This document shows, in pieces, positions 38,207 through 52,072 of a stretch of 64,000 nucleotides of DNA. The stretch is taken from NCBI RefSeq assembly GCF_001194135.2, contig NC_068994.1:869534-933533 (forward strand), read 5' to 3'. The DNA is from Octopus bimaculoides. Lineage: Eukaryota. The notes below the pieces were generated by a model. That model did not search any database. It was not told where the DNA came from and worked only from the letters and a program-made list of their open reading frames with translations. The position numbers were made by a program, and so were the translations under genes. Each line of letters opens with the position of its first letter. Within the stretch, counting starts at the first letter, position 1.

Positions 38207-38969
38207 GGTAGGTTGACCTGTTTGTAGATTAGGGTGTTGATGGTACATCATTGCAGTGATCTGTCTATTTTAAAGTCAAATTTTTGAACAATATGTTCTA
38301 TGTTGAATTTATGAAAAAAAATTAAATTTTGTAAACAAAAATTAGTGTCATGCTGAATTTGTAAATTTTAACATGAATAGAATTGTATCTATATTATACT
38401 GGAAACTGTGTATTCACACTTTCTAAACTTCAATTGATATGTGGTTGAAATGCATATTTATTTATTTATTTATGTGTTTCAGCCAAGTGGCTGCGGTCAT
38501 GCTGGTGCACCGTTCTGTATCTTTCTTGCATAACATTACACCAGGATGAAGGAAACAATATCTTCTACATTTGCTGCTGTCCATTGATTTTGGAAATAGT
38601 TTCTCTGTTTCACAAGCAAAACCAAAGCCCTGCCTTTGACTCTTTGATAGCATAGTCCTGTTCAAAACTAAATCTCAAAAGCTTCTTTACATGATTAAGA
38701 TTTTAGATAAAAATCAGTTATCACCAAGACACAATATTATAATATTTTTGTATTATTGCTGTGTTGGTATCTTTGGAAATAATAACCCAAAAGAGAGAAA
38801 CTTTACATGAACAGGTAATGAAATTGCATGGGTGTGTGGTGTGGGTGCTGAGAAGTTGTCAGTTCTGATGTGTGTGGAGTGGTGGGGGTTGGGATGTGTG
38901 AACAGGGGTGTGGGGGTAGTGGTGGGATGTGTAGGTTGAGGGGGTGGTGGTATCAATGAAGAGAGGAGG

Positions 38970-40172
38970 GGGGAGTTGAGTCCATATGGCACAAAGGAGC
39001 GAAGAGAGAAGATTAACTCCTGTTCACAGCAAAGGCAGGAGTATGGATGGCTCCTGTGCAAAGACAATTTGAACACAGACAGGTGTTGTAGTGAATGACC
39101 AGTAGAAGTGTCATTGCTGAGTCTGATATCTTGGAGGAGCTGTGTAAACCGGTCAGCCAAGCAGTGTCCCGTTTGACCGATGTACAGAGAAGGGCAGAAA
39201 GAGCAGGAGATGCAGTAAATGATGTTGCTAGAAGTGCAGGTAAAGGAGTTGGTGATATGATAGGGATGATGATGGGTGCCTGTGAGGATGGTGGTTTTGG
39301 AGAGGTAGAGACGAGTGTGGCAGTGTGGGCAGGAGCAAAGGAATGAGCCAGGATGGGAGGTGGGGTTAGGGAAGAAACTGTAGACCAGGAGGACATGCAT
39401 GTTGTGGGATTGTTTGAAGGAGAGAAGGGGTGGGTTGGGGAAGATGTGTGAGGTACAGGGGTTAGAGTGGAGTTGCCGGAAGGCATGGAGAATAGTGTGT
39501 TGGAGGGGAGGGTAGAGGGGTGGTAGGTGAGGGAAAACGGGGAACAGGCAATGGCAGGGTGGGTGCGGAGAGAGAGAGAGCAGAAGCACGGTCCATGAAC
39601 CGTGCTCTGCCAAGGGCTGTGTACATAGTGGTGAGGGTATATCCATAAATGATGAAGCATCAGCCATGAGTTGAGACTGAGTTTCAGTCATGGTTGTCAC
39701 TGCAGAGCCTGCAAAGACAGAGGAATTGGGTGTAGGGAATGAAGAGTTTGGTGTGGGTAGGGTAGGAGAAGTTAAGGTAGGAGTGTGAGTGGGTATGCTT
39801 GTAGTGGATGGAGGTAGTGAGAGCAGAGTGGTATATGTTGACAGAAATGTCGAGAAATCCGATGAAAGTGTTGGAAATAGCGCAGAATTTGAGAGCAGGA
39901 TGGAAGGATTGGACAAAGGAGAGGAAGGAGTCTAGTTGTTCGCGGGAGAGTGAGGTTGCACCGATACAGACATCAATATAACAGCCATATAGTTTGGGAG
40001 TGGGACCAGTGAATCGTTAGAATATTTGTGTCTCAATGTAGCCAGCGAACAGGTTCACATAGTTGGGGCCCATTCTCATGACCTGTTGGTAAAAATCCCC
40101 CACAAACGAGAAGCAGTTGAGGGAGAGAACAAGTTCGGCCAGATGAATAAGTGTAGAGGTGTCAGGTTGGGG
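38970..40172 (-). mobile_element. Penelope-like retroelement (RT plus GIY-YIG endonuclease), 5'-truncated and decayed
   Basis: Minus-strand translation: LIHLAELVLSLNCFSF..DFYQQV..MGPNYVNLF.GYIE...YIDVCIG...FHPALKF...FLDI...YKHTHSHSYL...IPYTQF. After a frameshift: FTCTSSNIIYCISCSFCPSLYIGQTGHCLADRF...EQELIFSL...PYGLN. Confidence 0.93.
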
Positions 40173-40799
40173 ATATATATATATATATATTTTAATGGCT
40201 CACCTGTATACAACTTACCAGGGGGAGACAACAGAAAATCTGCTTCAGTTTATGTAGACAGAGGTACATCAGAACAGCACTTCTGCAGCATACCACAGAC
40301 ACAGCTGCACTTCTATTACTACTATAATACACTCTGAGGCAGTTAGGAACCTTTATTGTTACTTGACCTGTGAGAAATAGCAGCTAAATCACCCTCAAAT
40401 TATATCCTATTTGAAAGCCATAAAGCCATAAAGTATATAGTTATGGAGTTATAAAAATATGCGAAAGGCATGGCTGGACTATGTTTGATTGGGGCTGAAT
40501 TTGGACTAAACAACAAAACAATCCGAAGAGGGAGTCTGTAGATTGGTACATCTGAATCCCTTAAGGAAAAACATATCGGATAAAGAGCTCATTGATAGAT
40601 CATGTCTGGAAATAGGTAATTGGCTGGTTATGGTCTGTGCTCCTAGGTCTAGTCTGTCAGGCATGATCCAAGGCCAAAATATATCATCATCATCATCATC
40701 AAGTAAGCCACTTGAATCTTACATTTTGTGGGAACAAGAGAACCCCTCTACTGACACTTAATTTCTTAGAAATAGCTGCCAAATCTCAGATCACTCGCC

Positions 40800-40960
40800 A
40801 TCATGATCATTACATCATCTCAGTGTCCACTTTCCCATGCATGCATGGGTCAGACAGAATTTGATAATGCAAATTCTCTGCAGCTAGATGTTCTTCCTGT
40901 GGGAATTCTTACCCGCTTCCAAGTAAGGTAATGGTTCCTCTTGGCCAGACATGGAATATT
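40800..40960 (-). mobile_element. Decayed RTE 3'-UTR-like fragment
   Basis: CATCATC tail, TTTCCCATGCATGCATGGGTCAGAC and CTGCAGCTAGATGTTCTTCCT resemble the reverse of 22820-22960. Confidence 0.55.
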
Positions 40961-42858
40961 GGAGATGAACAACATCACTTGTATGTGATGCTTCTTCACA
41001 ACAATCATATGCCAAATCAAGGAGACACCAGCTCTCTCTCACACACTTGCCATAAAAATTCCTTAAAGAATTCTTCCATGTAACTGACCCCTAAAAGAAA
41101 TGTCATTCAGTCGATGATTTTCCTCTCTCCCTGAACTCCCCAACTTGTTTAATTGTGTTGAAGAGATGCTGTTATTAATTAAACATACCAGCAGACTAAC
41201 TGGAGTAATACAACCCCTTACTTTGTCTTCCTTTTACTGTTTTCTAGAGTTATCTCTATTGACTTGGCCATTCATATCAGTAACATCAGTACCAGTAATA
41301 TACATGGGACAGCTGTAAAATGTCTCCTACAATGAAATCCTTTTGTTTTGATCCTCATCATCTTAACTTTTTAATATTACTTTCCTTGTAAAGCGTGTAG
41401 TCTTGTGCTGTATGTCTGCTACCTCTTATTGATTATTAATATTGATCACTGATCAATTTGACTGGTCTAGACATTCTATATCATTTGTTTCCCATAGGAT
41501 GTATTCTTCAATACTAAAACTGAATTGTCAACAGCACTACTATTTCAATATTCCCACCTTCAGCAATCAGAAGAGTTCACTCCAATATTTATTCTTGCAG
41601 CCTTACACAAAACTTATTTGATGGTTTTAAACCTTTCCGGTCTCTTTCTTCCGACTTATCTAACTGCTCTTTCTGTCTGTTCCTTTTGCAATGTTATGAT
41701 TTATAGTTAGCAACTGAACACAATAGAGAAATTAAATATTGTTTCCGAGTTGTTTTGTTGTGTTGTGAGTTTTATGCAGAGAATGAGAGAGAAGAGAGGA
41801 GAAGGGTTACACGTTGTATTGTGTTGTTGTGGTGCTCTTGATACAACTTCTGCTTTGTAATGTCCTATGTTGTAGAAGCATGGCTTGCCATGGGTTAGGG
41901 TTAATCATTTTAGGGCCTCAGGTAGAATAAGGTTTGCTGTGCACTGTGTAAAATATGTGAATGTCACATTGAGGTTCAGCAAAAGTGGTGCTATGAATTA
42001 TAGACTTCAGCCTGATATTGTCAGCATTTCTTCTAAGATATGGTTAGGGTGAGAAGCCGGAGCCAGAAAACAGTAAACTAGCAGTTTCTTAACTCTTTTT
42101 GTCTCATCAGTGACCTTATACACAGCACCTACCTATCTGGTTCTTTCAATATCGCTTATATTTATGTGCTGATGTGTTCATTTAAATAATATTACATATC
42201 TCGGGGAATTTCTACATAAAAATTGTTATTAATTCTTCTTTTTCTCTTCAAAAAGTTGAATTTCTTAACAGAATAAACAAATTCTAAAACTGTTTTAAAA
42301 GTTTGGCAGTGCTAAATTTAAGAGACACACAAAGAAGATTTGGAAAAGTTTGTCTCAACCAAGACCTCGCTGGGACTAAATTCCTCTACTATTTCCTATT
42401 AAGGTTTCCTCACTACATATGGATGCTAGGATTTCCATGTCTTTGGAGATGCACAGTGTGTAGATAATAGAATCATTATTCCCTTAACCAACCACTGTGA
42501 GAGAATTGTCCAAATATTGTTGAGTCAGACATAGATAGCTTCCAAACAATACAAGAGAGTCGAGAAGAGCCTCTTGTGTCTGTATACGACAAAGAACTAG
42601 TTTAGAAAAATCTTTGAAAGAAAGATAGTGTTCTGTAAACTAAGTAATGGCGGTTGATTTAATTAATTGTACTCACTCGTAAAATCGGTTTTTATTGTAT
42701 CAGATGTTAGAAATCATTTTTATTTGTCAGTATGTGGAATAGGGAAGTGTAAGGGGATTCCTTAAATCTTCTTTGTGGTGTTGGATAGAGTTGTCACTGC
42801 CTAACCTTTCAAAGACGGTTTTATGCTTTGATTAATTAAGATTAATAATTAGTATGTT

Positions 42859-43065
42859 AAAGGTGGCGAGCTGGCAGACTCGTTAGCACATCAGGCAAAA
42901 TGCTTAGCGGCATTTCATCTGTCTTTACATTCTGAGTTAAAATGCTGCCAAGGTTGATTTTTGTTTTCCATCCTTTTAAGGTCGATAAAATAAGTACTAA
43001 ATGGGTGCTGGGGTCAATGTAACCCACTTGCCCACGGCCTTGTGTCAAAATCTCAACCCAATAAT
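42859..43065 (+). mobile_element. Family A SINE
   Basis: GGCGAGCTGGCAGACTCGTTAGCAC...GGTCGATAAAATAAGTAC...GGCCTTGTG. Confidence 0.9.
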
Positions 43066-43609
43066 TAGTATGTGATGTGAAATATGTTTGCTATTGCCAT
43101 TGAAATAGAACTTCAGCTTTGTTCCTGTTCATATAATATCTATCCACCATCGACCACTGGATTAAAAACCTGTTGTTGATGTCAGTCATAATTGTTATAG
43201 GGTTAAATTCATTAACGAGGAGCAGGAGTTGGAATGTGTGTCTGGCCAATTTACTATGGACTGACTTAGCTAGTTTACAGTTACTGAGAAGATATTAACG
43301 TTAAAATACATTGTTGATTGCTAATATAATGTGTGTGTGTGTGAGTCTGTCCCCTCTAGATATTTAGATATTAAACAATATTGTTGTCATCTAGTAAGAC
43401 TGTTGTTGCTGAAATAATTATCTCAATTAATTATCCCACCAAATCATCCAATCTTATACTATTTAAATAAACTCAATCACCTACAGAACTAATTCTCCCA
43501 CTTTTTATTGAAGAATATTAAATATTTTTTCTGTCTGTCTTCTCCTCCTCCTCCTTCTTCTCCTTCTCCCTAATAATAATAATAATAATAATAATAATGA
43601 TAATCCATT

Positions 43610-43765
43610 CTGCTGAAGGCACAAGGCCTGAAATCTTGGGAGAGGGACTAGTCGATCACATTGACCCCCCCAGTTTTCAACTGGTACTTAATTTTATCGG
43701 CCCGCAAAAGGATGAAGGGCAAAGTCGACCTCAGAATGTAAATAACCAGAAGAAATACTGTATGG
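43610..43765 (-). mobile_element. Family A SINE, 3' part, with (AAT)n tail
   Basis: GGCACAAGGCC...CTGGTACTTAATTTTATCGG...GGATGAAGGGCAAAGTCGACCTC. Confidence 0.85.
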
Positions 43766-46700
43766 TATTTTAAGGCTTAGTGTTTCATGAAGAAGTGTTC
43801 CAACTGGCTGCCATCAATGATGCCAGTCACTCCGTGTAGTCCTGATTGAGGACATCTGTGACCAGATTATTCATTATGTTCTTTCAAAAAAGATTGTTAG
43901 GTGTGATTGGATGAAGATTTGGCTGCTATTTCTTGTAGGATTCCTCATTGGTTCATTTGTAGCTAGTGTAACATGTAGGAAGTGGTTAATTAATTAGTCA
44001 CTGTTGTTAATGCTGGTCATCAGAGCAGATTACGACCTCTTCTTAGTGGAGAATTGCTGCATTAAGGGGACGCTATCCTTGTCATGTGTTTAAAATGTTG
44101 CTAGGATAATGTCCCTTGACTTTTGTGAATGTTCTACCAAATGTACTAAAGAGCTCTGCTACTGAGTAAACAGCTTCCAATATACTCATAATACAGTATT
44201 TTTTTTTAAATTCTGCCTTCTAATTGTATTTCCAACTCTTTTCTAGTGTGGAAGGTTAAAAATAATTCTTTACTATTCAATGTAAATTAACTGAGAATGA
44301 AAGTTCAAAACCATTTTATTTTGTATTGTAACTATGAAAAAGATATTTTTTTTCTTCCCAATTAGTGTTATTTAATGTAGAGTAATGTTGTCATTGAGTT
44401 AAACTTCTATATTCTGTATTATATATTTCTATTCATCATGTCTTTTAGATCATGTTTTAATAATTTAATATCTCATCGGTTCAATGCTGTTTAATTAATG
44501 TTTTTGTTACCAAGCAAAACCCTGCCACTTTTTAATGAATTTCTCCAGTGGGTGGGAGGGAACATTTAATGTTTACTTTTAGACTACTAACTAGTGTAAA
44601 GTTGTTTAATTAGAGATAGTATTTTTAGTTGTGAGTGCACTGACAGCTATTGTCCATTAGTAGGCTTCTATTCCACTAAACAACTAAAGCAAATCAAAGT
44701 TTAGAGGAATTACTGATGTTTTTCAGGTGATTTTTTTGTTTTTTATACTGTAATCTCCACTTTCAATGTAGATGTAAACTGGATGACTAGAGACCATACT
44801 ACATTAAACAACCCTCAGACCCTTATTAATAAAGATCAATAAAGGGGACTTCAAAAATATTGTGCTAATTTCTATAGCACAAGTGTGAAAAGACTAAAAT
44901 TTTATTTAAAAATAAGCAAGAAATAGAAACTGAAATTCTAGGCTTTATGCAATGTTGTAAGTAGCTAATTTTTTCTAGCTTAAATTCTGTTTATAGGATA
45001 AAATAAATAAATATCTGTTTTTAGATTAATTCTACTATATGCAGCGTGCTGAAATAACATTTGCTCCAAAGTGTGGTGGTCAAAACAAATTGGGGACTGC
45101 TGCCATATTTCCCTCAAACCATATTCTTCTGTCTGTCTGTTTGTCTCTCTTTCTCTATCTCACTCGTGTCCTTTTCTTTTTTAGAGAGACAAAAAATTAA
45201 GTGAAGCCACATTAGATAATGTTGCCTTAGATATACAATGCCTGAATAAAAGATATGGACCAGCTGGATTGCTTTTGATCAGAGATCTGTGTGATCAAGG
45301 CTGATGTGGTGTTTAAGCAACAAGGGTTTTCATGACACAGGGGTCGACTGGGTGTTCTTGAAAGATTAGCTAATGTCAGTCTTTGACCATTCTGTTTTGG
45401 GACATATTCCTGGAAACAAGTAACAAGGAACGTCTTGGTAGACTTGGCTAGTGGATAATAAATAGCTGAAGATAGTCCATAGCAAGTAATGATAAATGGA
45501 AGAGATGCAAGTTTACCAATGTTTTAGCAAATTTGAAATATCGAGTGGGGTTTATAGTTGAGTTGTGGAAGAAGGAAAGAATGAACGATAGAAAGATTGG
45601 TCAGAGAGAGATTGTTGGAAAATAGGGAGAAGCTGTAATCTACCTAAGAAACCTTCAAAGGAGCAACTAGAAAGATTAGTTTGACAATTTCTGAGATATT
45701 GGTAACTTGGATGTGAGTAGTGGAGGGTCTAGTTATATTACCATAGTTACCAATATTACAACCAGAATGAGGGATTGTGGAGAACCCAATTATTGTGAAT
45801 CGAATCGAATGGTATCAAATCCTATTTACTGCATTACCTTTCATTTTGATTTGCATCTTAGTAGGATACTGTCACAAGGTATCCATTTTATCCATACTGC
45901 TTTCTAACTAGTGACTGACCCTGCTGATTCTTGAAGTAGAGTTATAATCAACATAATATTTGACTAAAACGTTTGAAATGTCTGTTAATTGTTTGGTGAA
46001 CAAAATCTTTATTTTCTACATACATATACTTGTGAAAAAATATTTTGAGTAGTAATGTCCACCAGTTATATTGGAAATTTATGAATAATTTCTGTCGTTG
46101 TATTAGCATGAGCTGCTAAGTCAGCAGGTGGTGTTTGACTGAAAGATAAATAATAAAGTACCATTACATTAAAGGAAGTTTGAAATATTATTACTCGATA
46201 ATATAGTGGTGGTGATGGTGGTGTTGAGTAGCTGTAAGTTTTATGAAATATAATAAATAAAAGGTGGGTATTGAGCTGTAACAACAGCCTCCTTGATATA
46301 TGGCAGTATGATATTGTATTTGTAGTGATTCCATCATTCTTCCATTTTGTGTCTCAGCATTATATTTCCACAGAAACTGTTTGCTTTGTTCATAACAAAG
46401 TTGAGATATTTTATCTGACAGTACACATATCACTGTAATAAAAGAACAAAAATATTTGTCTTGTCTCTAATATGAATTATTGAAATTACCTGTCTTTCCC
46501 AATGAAAGTAAATGATGTAATCACTAAGTTCACTGAAGTGGCTGGCTGGATTTTTAATTATTATTTAAAATATCAAAGTGGTGTGTGTGCATGCATGCGT
46601 ACGTGTACATGTGTGTAAGTCATCAATGTTAAACTAAGATTATTCTGCAGACGTAAGTCTTAAATTGTTGCTAAACTTTTGTAGATTTTTTCTTTTTTTT

Positions 46701-49024
46701 TTTTTAATGGAGAAGTGATCTGGTATGATTTAATGGAAGATCTGCTGACACTTGTATGGCTAGCAGGTCTAATGAAGCTGACGAGAAATAAAAGTGTTAT
46801 AATTTGGATATGCTATCCACATGGTCTTTCTGTAGAAAGACTGTATAACTAACCAGTCTAATGGAGCTGATGCTGATGATGATAAATAGATAGGGAGATA
46901 AAAGCTATGTGTTTTTAACATGGCCTTTCCATACATAACAAGCAGGTCTAATGTAACCACTGCTGCTGCTGTTGAGGATGGCATCAACAATATAACATAG
47001 ATGTTCTATGAATATAGTCTTTCTGTGTCATCAAATGAACACATTCAAATGTTAACCCACTTGTCCGGGATTGATTGAAATGATTTCTCTCGAAAACAAT
47101 TATTTTTTTATTATTTAACCCCCATGTTGACCCTGATCCACCAGCTTTGTGATCAAAGAGGTTCCAGTTATGACCATTTGATTATTTCTGTTTTTCAGGC
47201 AAGATACATAGATCTCAATTTTACTTTTTTTTTTTGATAGTAGGACATATGTTGAGGGAGATTCGGATGGTTATTAACTGTCTTGTATGTCACTTGAACT
47301 AAATGTTGCTCCAGTCAAGTCTGTGTTGAATTTACTTGAATTTCTTGCTTAGATTATTAGAATTGATTGACATAGCAGTGAACTGTATCGGATCAGTTTA
47401 TTTTGAGTATATGATTGGTTATTTAGGGGGTCAAACAGAAAACACAGCCTTTGAAAGTCTCTAACCATCTTAGACTTTCTACTGTTTGTGTTTATTCCTT
47501 CATCCTACTAATTGGAGTGGACTATATTATAAATATTTCCAACTTAATTACTGTTGTACAGCATAATATCTACCCTGGGTTTCCCACCCAATATATTTCA
47601 GTTAATTCTCCATCTATTACTCTCTCTCTCTCACCAATTATATAACGAGGTAAGTTGTTTGATCTGTACATATTTAATTCCTCCGCTATTAATCTTTATC
47701 ACTCTACCATCATGATGCCTGTCTAATAAGGGATGGCATAGATCTGCCCAGGTTTAGTACCTTTTCCCATCACCCATCTATATTGCTACTCATCCACACA
47801 CACACACACACACTCTCTTCTCCCCATTCTGCTCTTCATTGACACCTACCATTCTCACTACATTATCTCCCAACTTTATCCTGTACCATTCATACTGTTT
47901 CTCTAGTCAGCCTCCTCCTTATCAACAACCAGCATGTACCTACTACGACTACTACTACTTTCTTTTTCACATTACTTCTTCTTTTACCTCTGTCAGTCTG
48001 TTTCTCTCATCAAACTACGCTTTGTCTCTTCCACTCAACCAACCAGGTTTACCTTGAATCAAGTTTATAGTCTTGCTGAGAACAGGGCAGCCTGTCTAGT
48101 GCCGGTGCCATAATAAAATACACTCACTACACTAATGGTTGGTATATAGCAGAGGAGGTAAATTTGGGAATCATAGCAGGACCTGTGTAATACTGGTCTC
48201 ACAATAAAATGCAACCAGTACAGTCTGTGAAGAGGTATTAGGAAAGGCTTCCAGTCTTCGAAACCATATTGAGAGTAAGACCTGGTCTTCCATCTCAGCT
48301 TCAAGTGCAGTAACTTTGAATAAGATGTTTGGTGACCAATCCAATATATATACCAACATACAAAAATAGATGTAAAGTGGTGGTGATAGTGGCTCTGCAC
48401 TGCCAAAATAGATATTTTTATGGAGACAAATCACTGCGAATACTCACAGACATGGTTTTACTGCTGTTATTTGAATCATTTACTTATTCTTCCTCTCAAA
48501 GCAGTCTCATTCTTTTACTAATTCTCCTCTCATCTAAACTTTGTAGTTTTGTTTTCTTCTGTATTATCCTTTCCTTCCACAAAGTAAAAAATTGTACTCA
48601 CCCTCATTGCTATTTCTTTTTCAAAGCCTTGTTCTTCTTTTACTGTTTCGATGATGAACTCTTCCAGCTCAAACTTAGGTAGTCAGTCTTTTCATGATTA
48701 GATTTTTCTGATTTAGATGTTCTCTACCCCTCTTTCACTCCATTTTTTTTTTGTGCATCCTGTTCTGCCATAACATTCCGTAACAATTCCATTGTTCACT
48801 CTGAGACCACCATCTCCTAATCCTTGCAGCTGTCATTGGATAATGACCAGGCTGATCCTGTTGGATTGAGAGGCACTCACTATGCAAGAGAACTTACTTG
48901 AAAATCTAGTTTAATGAAAGCAGTTTAGATAACATTCTCCAAAAATTTGAAAGAATTATGATGATGATGATGATGCTTAAGCTAGTGGTTGCTAATTTAG
49001 TTGGCAGGTATTTTGTCTTGATGG

Positions 49025-49215
49025 TTGGTGACAAGAAATCTCAAATTTCAAGAACCTTTCTTAAGATTTCTTGCAGAGTATATGATGGTACTCTCCTGCA
49101 GGTTAACAGAGTGACTTTCATTTACAACCTCTTTTGGGGAGCATCTTGGGTGCTGTACCAAATGCAATAATTACTACAGGAAGAATAATTGTTGTCTTAG
49201 TCTTCCGCTGTCTCC
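49025..49215 (-). mobile_element. C-terminal remnant of a restriction-like-endonuclease LINE (R4/NeSL-type)
   Basis: Minus strand TIILPVVIIAFGTAPK...LQESTIIYSARNL resembles the motif VIPIVIGALG.VPK...LQK.ALLGTARILR. Confidence 0.55.
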
Positions 49216-49479
49216 TTCTCCTCCTCCTCATTATTATTATGACTATTACATGCTGTATTAGTCAGCAGGGATGTTGTCTTGAGTTTTCTCAAATCTCAAA
49301 ACTCTTTCTTCGGATTCTAAGCTCCTCAACCAATTTGTCCTTGTCAAGCCTTCTCCCTCATCCTTCTATCACTCCCTTAACTATTGCATTATTGAGAGTA
49401 GCTGAAGTATATATCCCATCCTTTTCTGTGCTACCAATTATCTCTCTTTCTCCCCCTCAACCACCTCCTATTGACACCC

Positions 49480-50366
49480 ATGTTGCCTCATCCGCAGAAA
49501 TTGACGATATCCAGGTGATGTTTGACAAGGACCCCTCCAAGTCAATCAGGTCCATTGCCAGGGACATGGAAATGTCTGAGTTTCTTATTAGACAGGTAGT
49601 GCATGGACACATTTGGTATTCCTCATAGCAAATGAGAAAGGGCCAATTTTTATCCCCAGTCATGAAGACAAGAGAAAAGACTGTGCTACGAAGCTTTTGA
49701 AGAAACTCAAGCATCCCCTCCTACTGAAAATGCTTTGGTTTTTCTCAGACGAGAAAATTTTCTGCCAGGATCAAATGGTAAGCATACAGAGCAACCATTG
49801 GTTTTCTGTATCCCCAAAACATGTACCAGGAGTGATAAAAATCAAACACCCATTCAACATCATGGTGTTTGGAGTGATCACTAGTGATGGGGATGTTGTG
49901 CCTTCATTTATCTTCCCACACAGACTCAGACTCAACACGGAGCTGCCCTGGGTCAAGAGAGTGGTTGCTGGAAGATCCTATGTCTTGCAACAGGACTCAG
50001 TGACCACATCACCCCTAAAATCTGGTCACCTCACTCCCTACACTACAACCCCCTGATTATTATTTGTGGGACACAGTTGAGCGAGCGACAGACAAAACTC
50101 CTTGTAAGACCACAGATGAACTGAAGGCAAGGATTATGGCAGCATTCACCAACTTAAACAAGGAGACCATCCAGAAGAGTTGCAGGAGATTCCAAAGTCA
50201 TTTGGAGGCCTTGGTTGAAGTCAATGGCGATTTTATTGAATAAATTTACTCTTTAATATTTCAAAATATTTTCATTTAATTTTGGTAAATGTATCTGTTA
50301 AAATGAGATGTCAGAATTATTTCCATTTTTGCGTAATTTAGATGACAATTTATTGACTGCACCCTG
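49480..50366 (+). mobile_element. Tc1/mariner element of maT (DD37D-like) type; 5' end missing, internal deletions
   Basis: HTH DPSKSIRSIARDMEMSEFLIR, then LWFFSDEKIFCQDQ...IMVFGVITSDG...YVLQQDS...NPLDYYLW...ALVEVNGDFIE*. 3' TIR ...GACTGCACCCTG followed by TA. Confidence 0.9.
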
Positions 50367-50446
50367 TATATGCGTGTGTGCATGCATGCACCCACTACTA
50401 CTACAAGATAGTTAAGCACCTCCCTTTTAAACAGAAATCTGCTTAC

Positions 50447-50577
50447 CTGTGGATTCTATATACATTAAAATCAACAGTTTTCACCCCTGTCTTTGTTACA
50501 TGCTGTGCTGCATATGTAAAAGATTCTACAGGGTCACTCAGCCTGCTAGATCTAGTTGTGGAATCACACTATACCAT
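50447..50577 (-). other. Candidate 131-nt minus-strand exon, probably non-coding (unverified)
   Basis: Acceptor TCCTTTATTTTAG| and donor CAG|GTAAGC. All three frames contain a stop if this acceptor is used. Confidence 0.25.
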
Positions 50578-51883
50578 CTAAAATAAAGGATGTGTCAGAT
50601 AATATAGAAAAGACAGGGAAGTCATAGCTAGAATGTCTTTAATTGTAGGTCCGCACGGTTGCAGTTAATCTGGAGTTAACAATCTACTAACCCCCAAATA
50701 GTATGAAACCCATCTAAAACTATTCTCTCATTGCAAAGTAGACACAAAATTGCCTTTTTAAGAGGAAAAACTGTGTTTCTGTTTCATCTGTTGTTTCATC
50801 AAATGTACAATAATATTGCTGCAGCCACTAATGGATTCCCCCTGACTTTATAACAATCACCAACATGATCAAGTCTTTCAACTCCATCTCTTCCATTGTT
50901 TTTTTTCTTTTCTGTCTTGTTGTTTCTTGACTGAGTCGATGATGCTGCTGCAGTTATGTCCTGTATTGTCCATCACAGAAGGCAACACTGTACTAATGTC
51001 CTGTTGTGTCTGCTATCTGAGAATGCTTTATATTTGAGATTATGAAACGTGCAGAGAGTAGAATGTCAGAGTTCAGTGGGAAATGAGTTGTATCCTATAC
51101 CACCACCCTAACCATATCCTTGAATATGATTTATGGTACCCCATACTACTACACCTTAATGTACCCCACACTATTATTACACTGTAAAGTACCTATTGCC
51201 ACTTATAGACTATAAGTAGAGCCCCAAATTAACCTTGGTTAGACCAAAGCCTTCCAGCTTGGTTTTTAAAATTTTTTATTGTTGTATATTTGCAACTGTT
51301 GTGACATTGCCCTTCCTTTATTAAGGGTGGTGGTTGGTTGGGATTTGATGCAGATTCTAACAAGTCTGTCAACTCGTCACAGCATTTTCAACATTGCTGA
51401 AGTAAATCGATTGCTTTAGTTAATCACTTGTCATTGATCTTTCTCATTAGTTTTCTTACATTTTTCAAATATATTTAAAATATCTTGTTTTCTAATCATT
51501 TATTCCAACAGTTTTAAACAAATTTTTGAACCTGCATCACATCTATCCTAAACATTCTCATTGAAGTAATGCCTTAGTGTTCACACTGTTTATTTGATCA
51601 TTTAGTTGTGGCTTGCTTTCTAACCCTTTCTTTCCCCATGAGTACTTTCTTTATCAACCTTAAAAAGACATCTATAAGATGTTGCACCTGCACTCAACTC
51701 TGGGTACACATTTCCTTAGGACCAAAACATTTTGTAAGTTAAAGAAGGTGATTATGTAACTCCTGTTGTCATTCAATTATTAATTAAATTATATATGAAT
51801 GCATATATTCATATATGTATGTGTGTATACCAACACATACATCATACGTATATATATGTGTGTATGTGTATATATATGTACTA

Positions 51884-52072
51884 GCTTCCGTGCTGGTGGC
51901 ACGTAAAAAGCACCCACTACACTCATGGGGTGGTTGGCGTTAGGAAGGGCATCCAGCTGTAGAAACACTGCCAGATCAGACTGGAGCCTGGTGCAGCCTC
52001 CTGACTTCCCAGACCCCAGTCGAACCGTCCAACCCATTCTAGCATGGAAAACGGACGTTAAACAATGATGAT
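51884..52072 (+). mobile_element. Isolated RTE 3' end (extreme 5' truncation, or a SINE sharing the LINE tail)
   Basis: Closely matches 22775-22960: AAAGCACCCACTACA...GGTTGGCGTTAGGAAGGGCATCCAGCTGTAGAAAC...GACGTTAAACAATGATGATG. Confidence 0.92.

Noticed and set aside
38753-39916. 387-aa ORF as an intact mucin-like plus nuclease protein
   Set aside because: The N-terminal half is the out-of-frame reading of a Penelope-like RT; the element is frameshifted.
42075-42115. Minus-strand CTGATGAG...GAAAC hammerhead-like core
   Set aside because: Stem II is misregistered and stem I does not pair.
48065-48406. 113-aa minus ORF with weak LINE-like words (IVRPVLH, YGFEDW)
   Set aside because: Motif order and spacing are unconvincing; possibly an ancient LINE remnant but not supportable.
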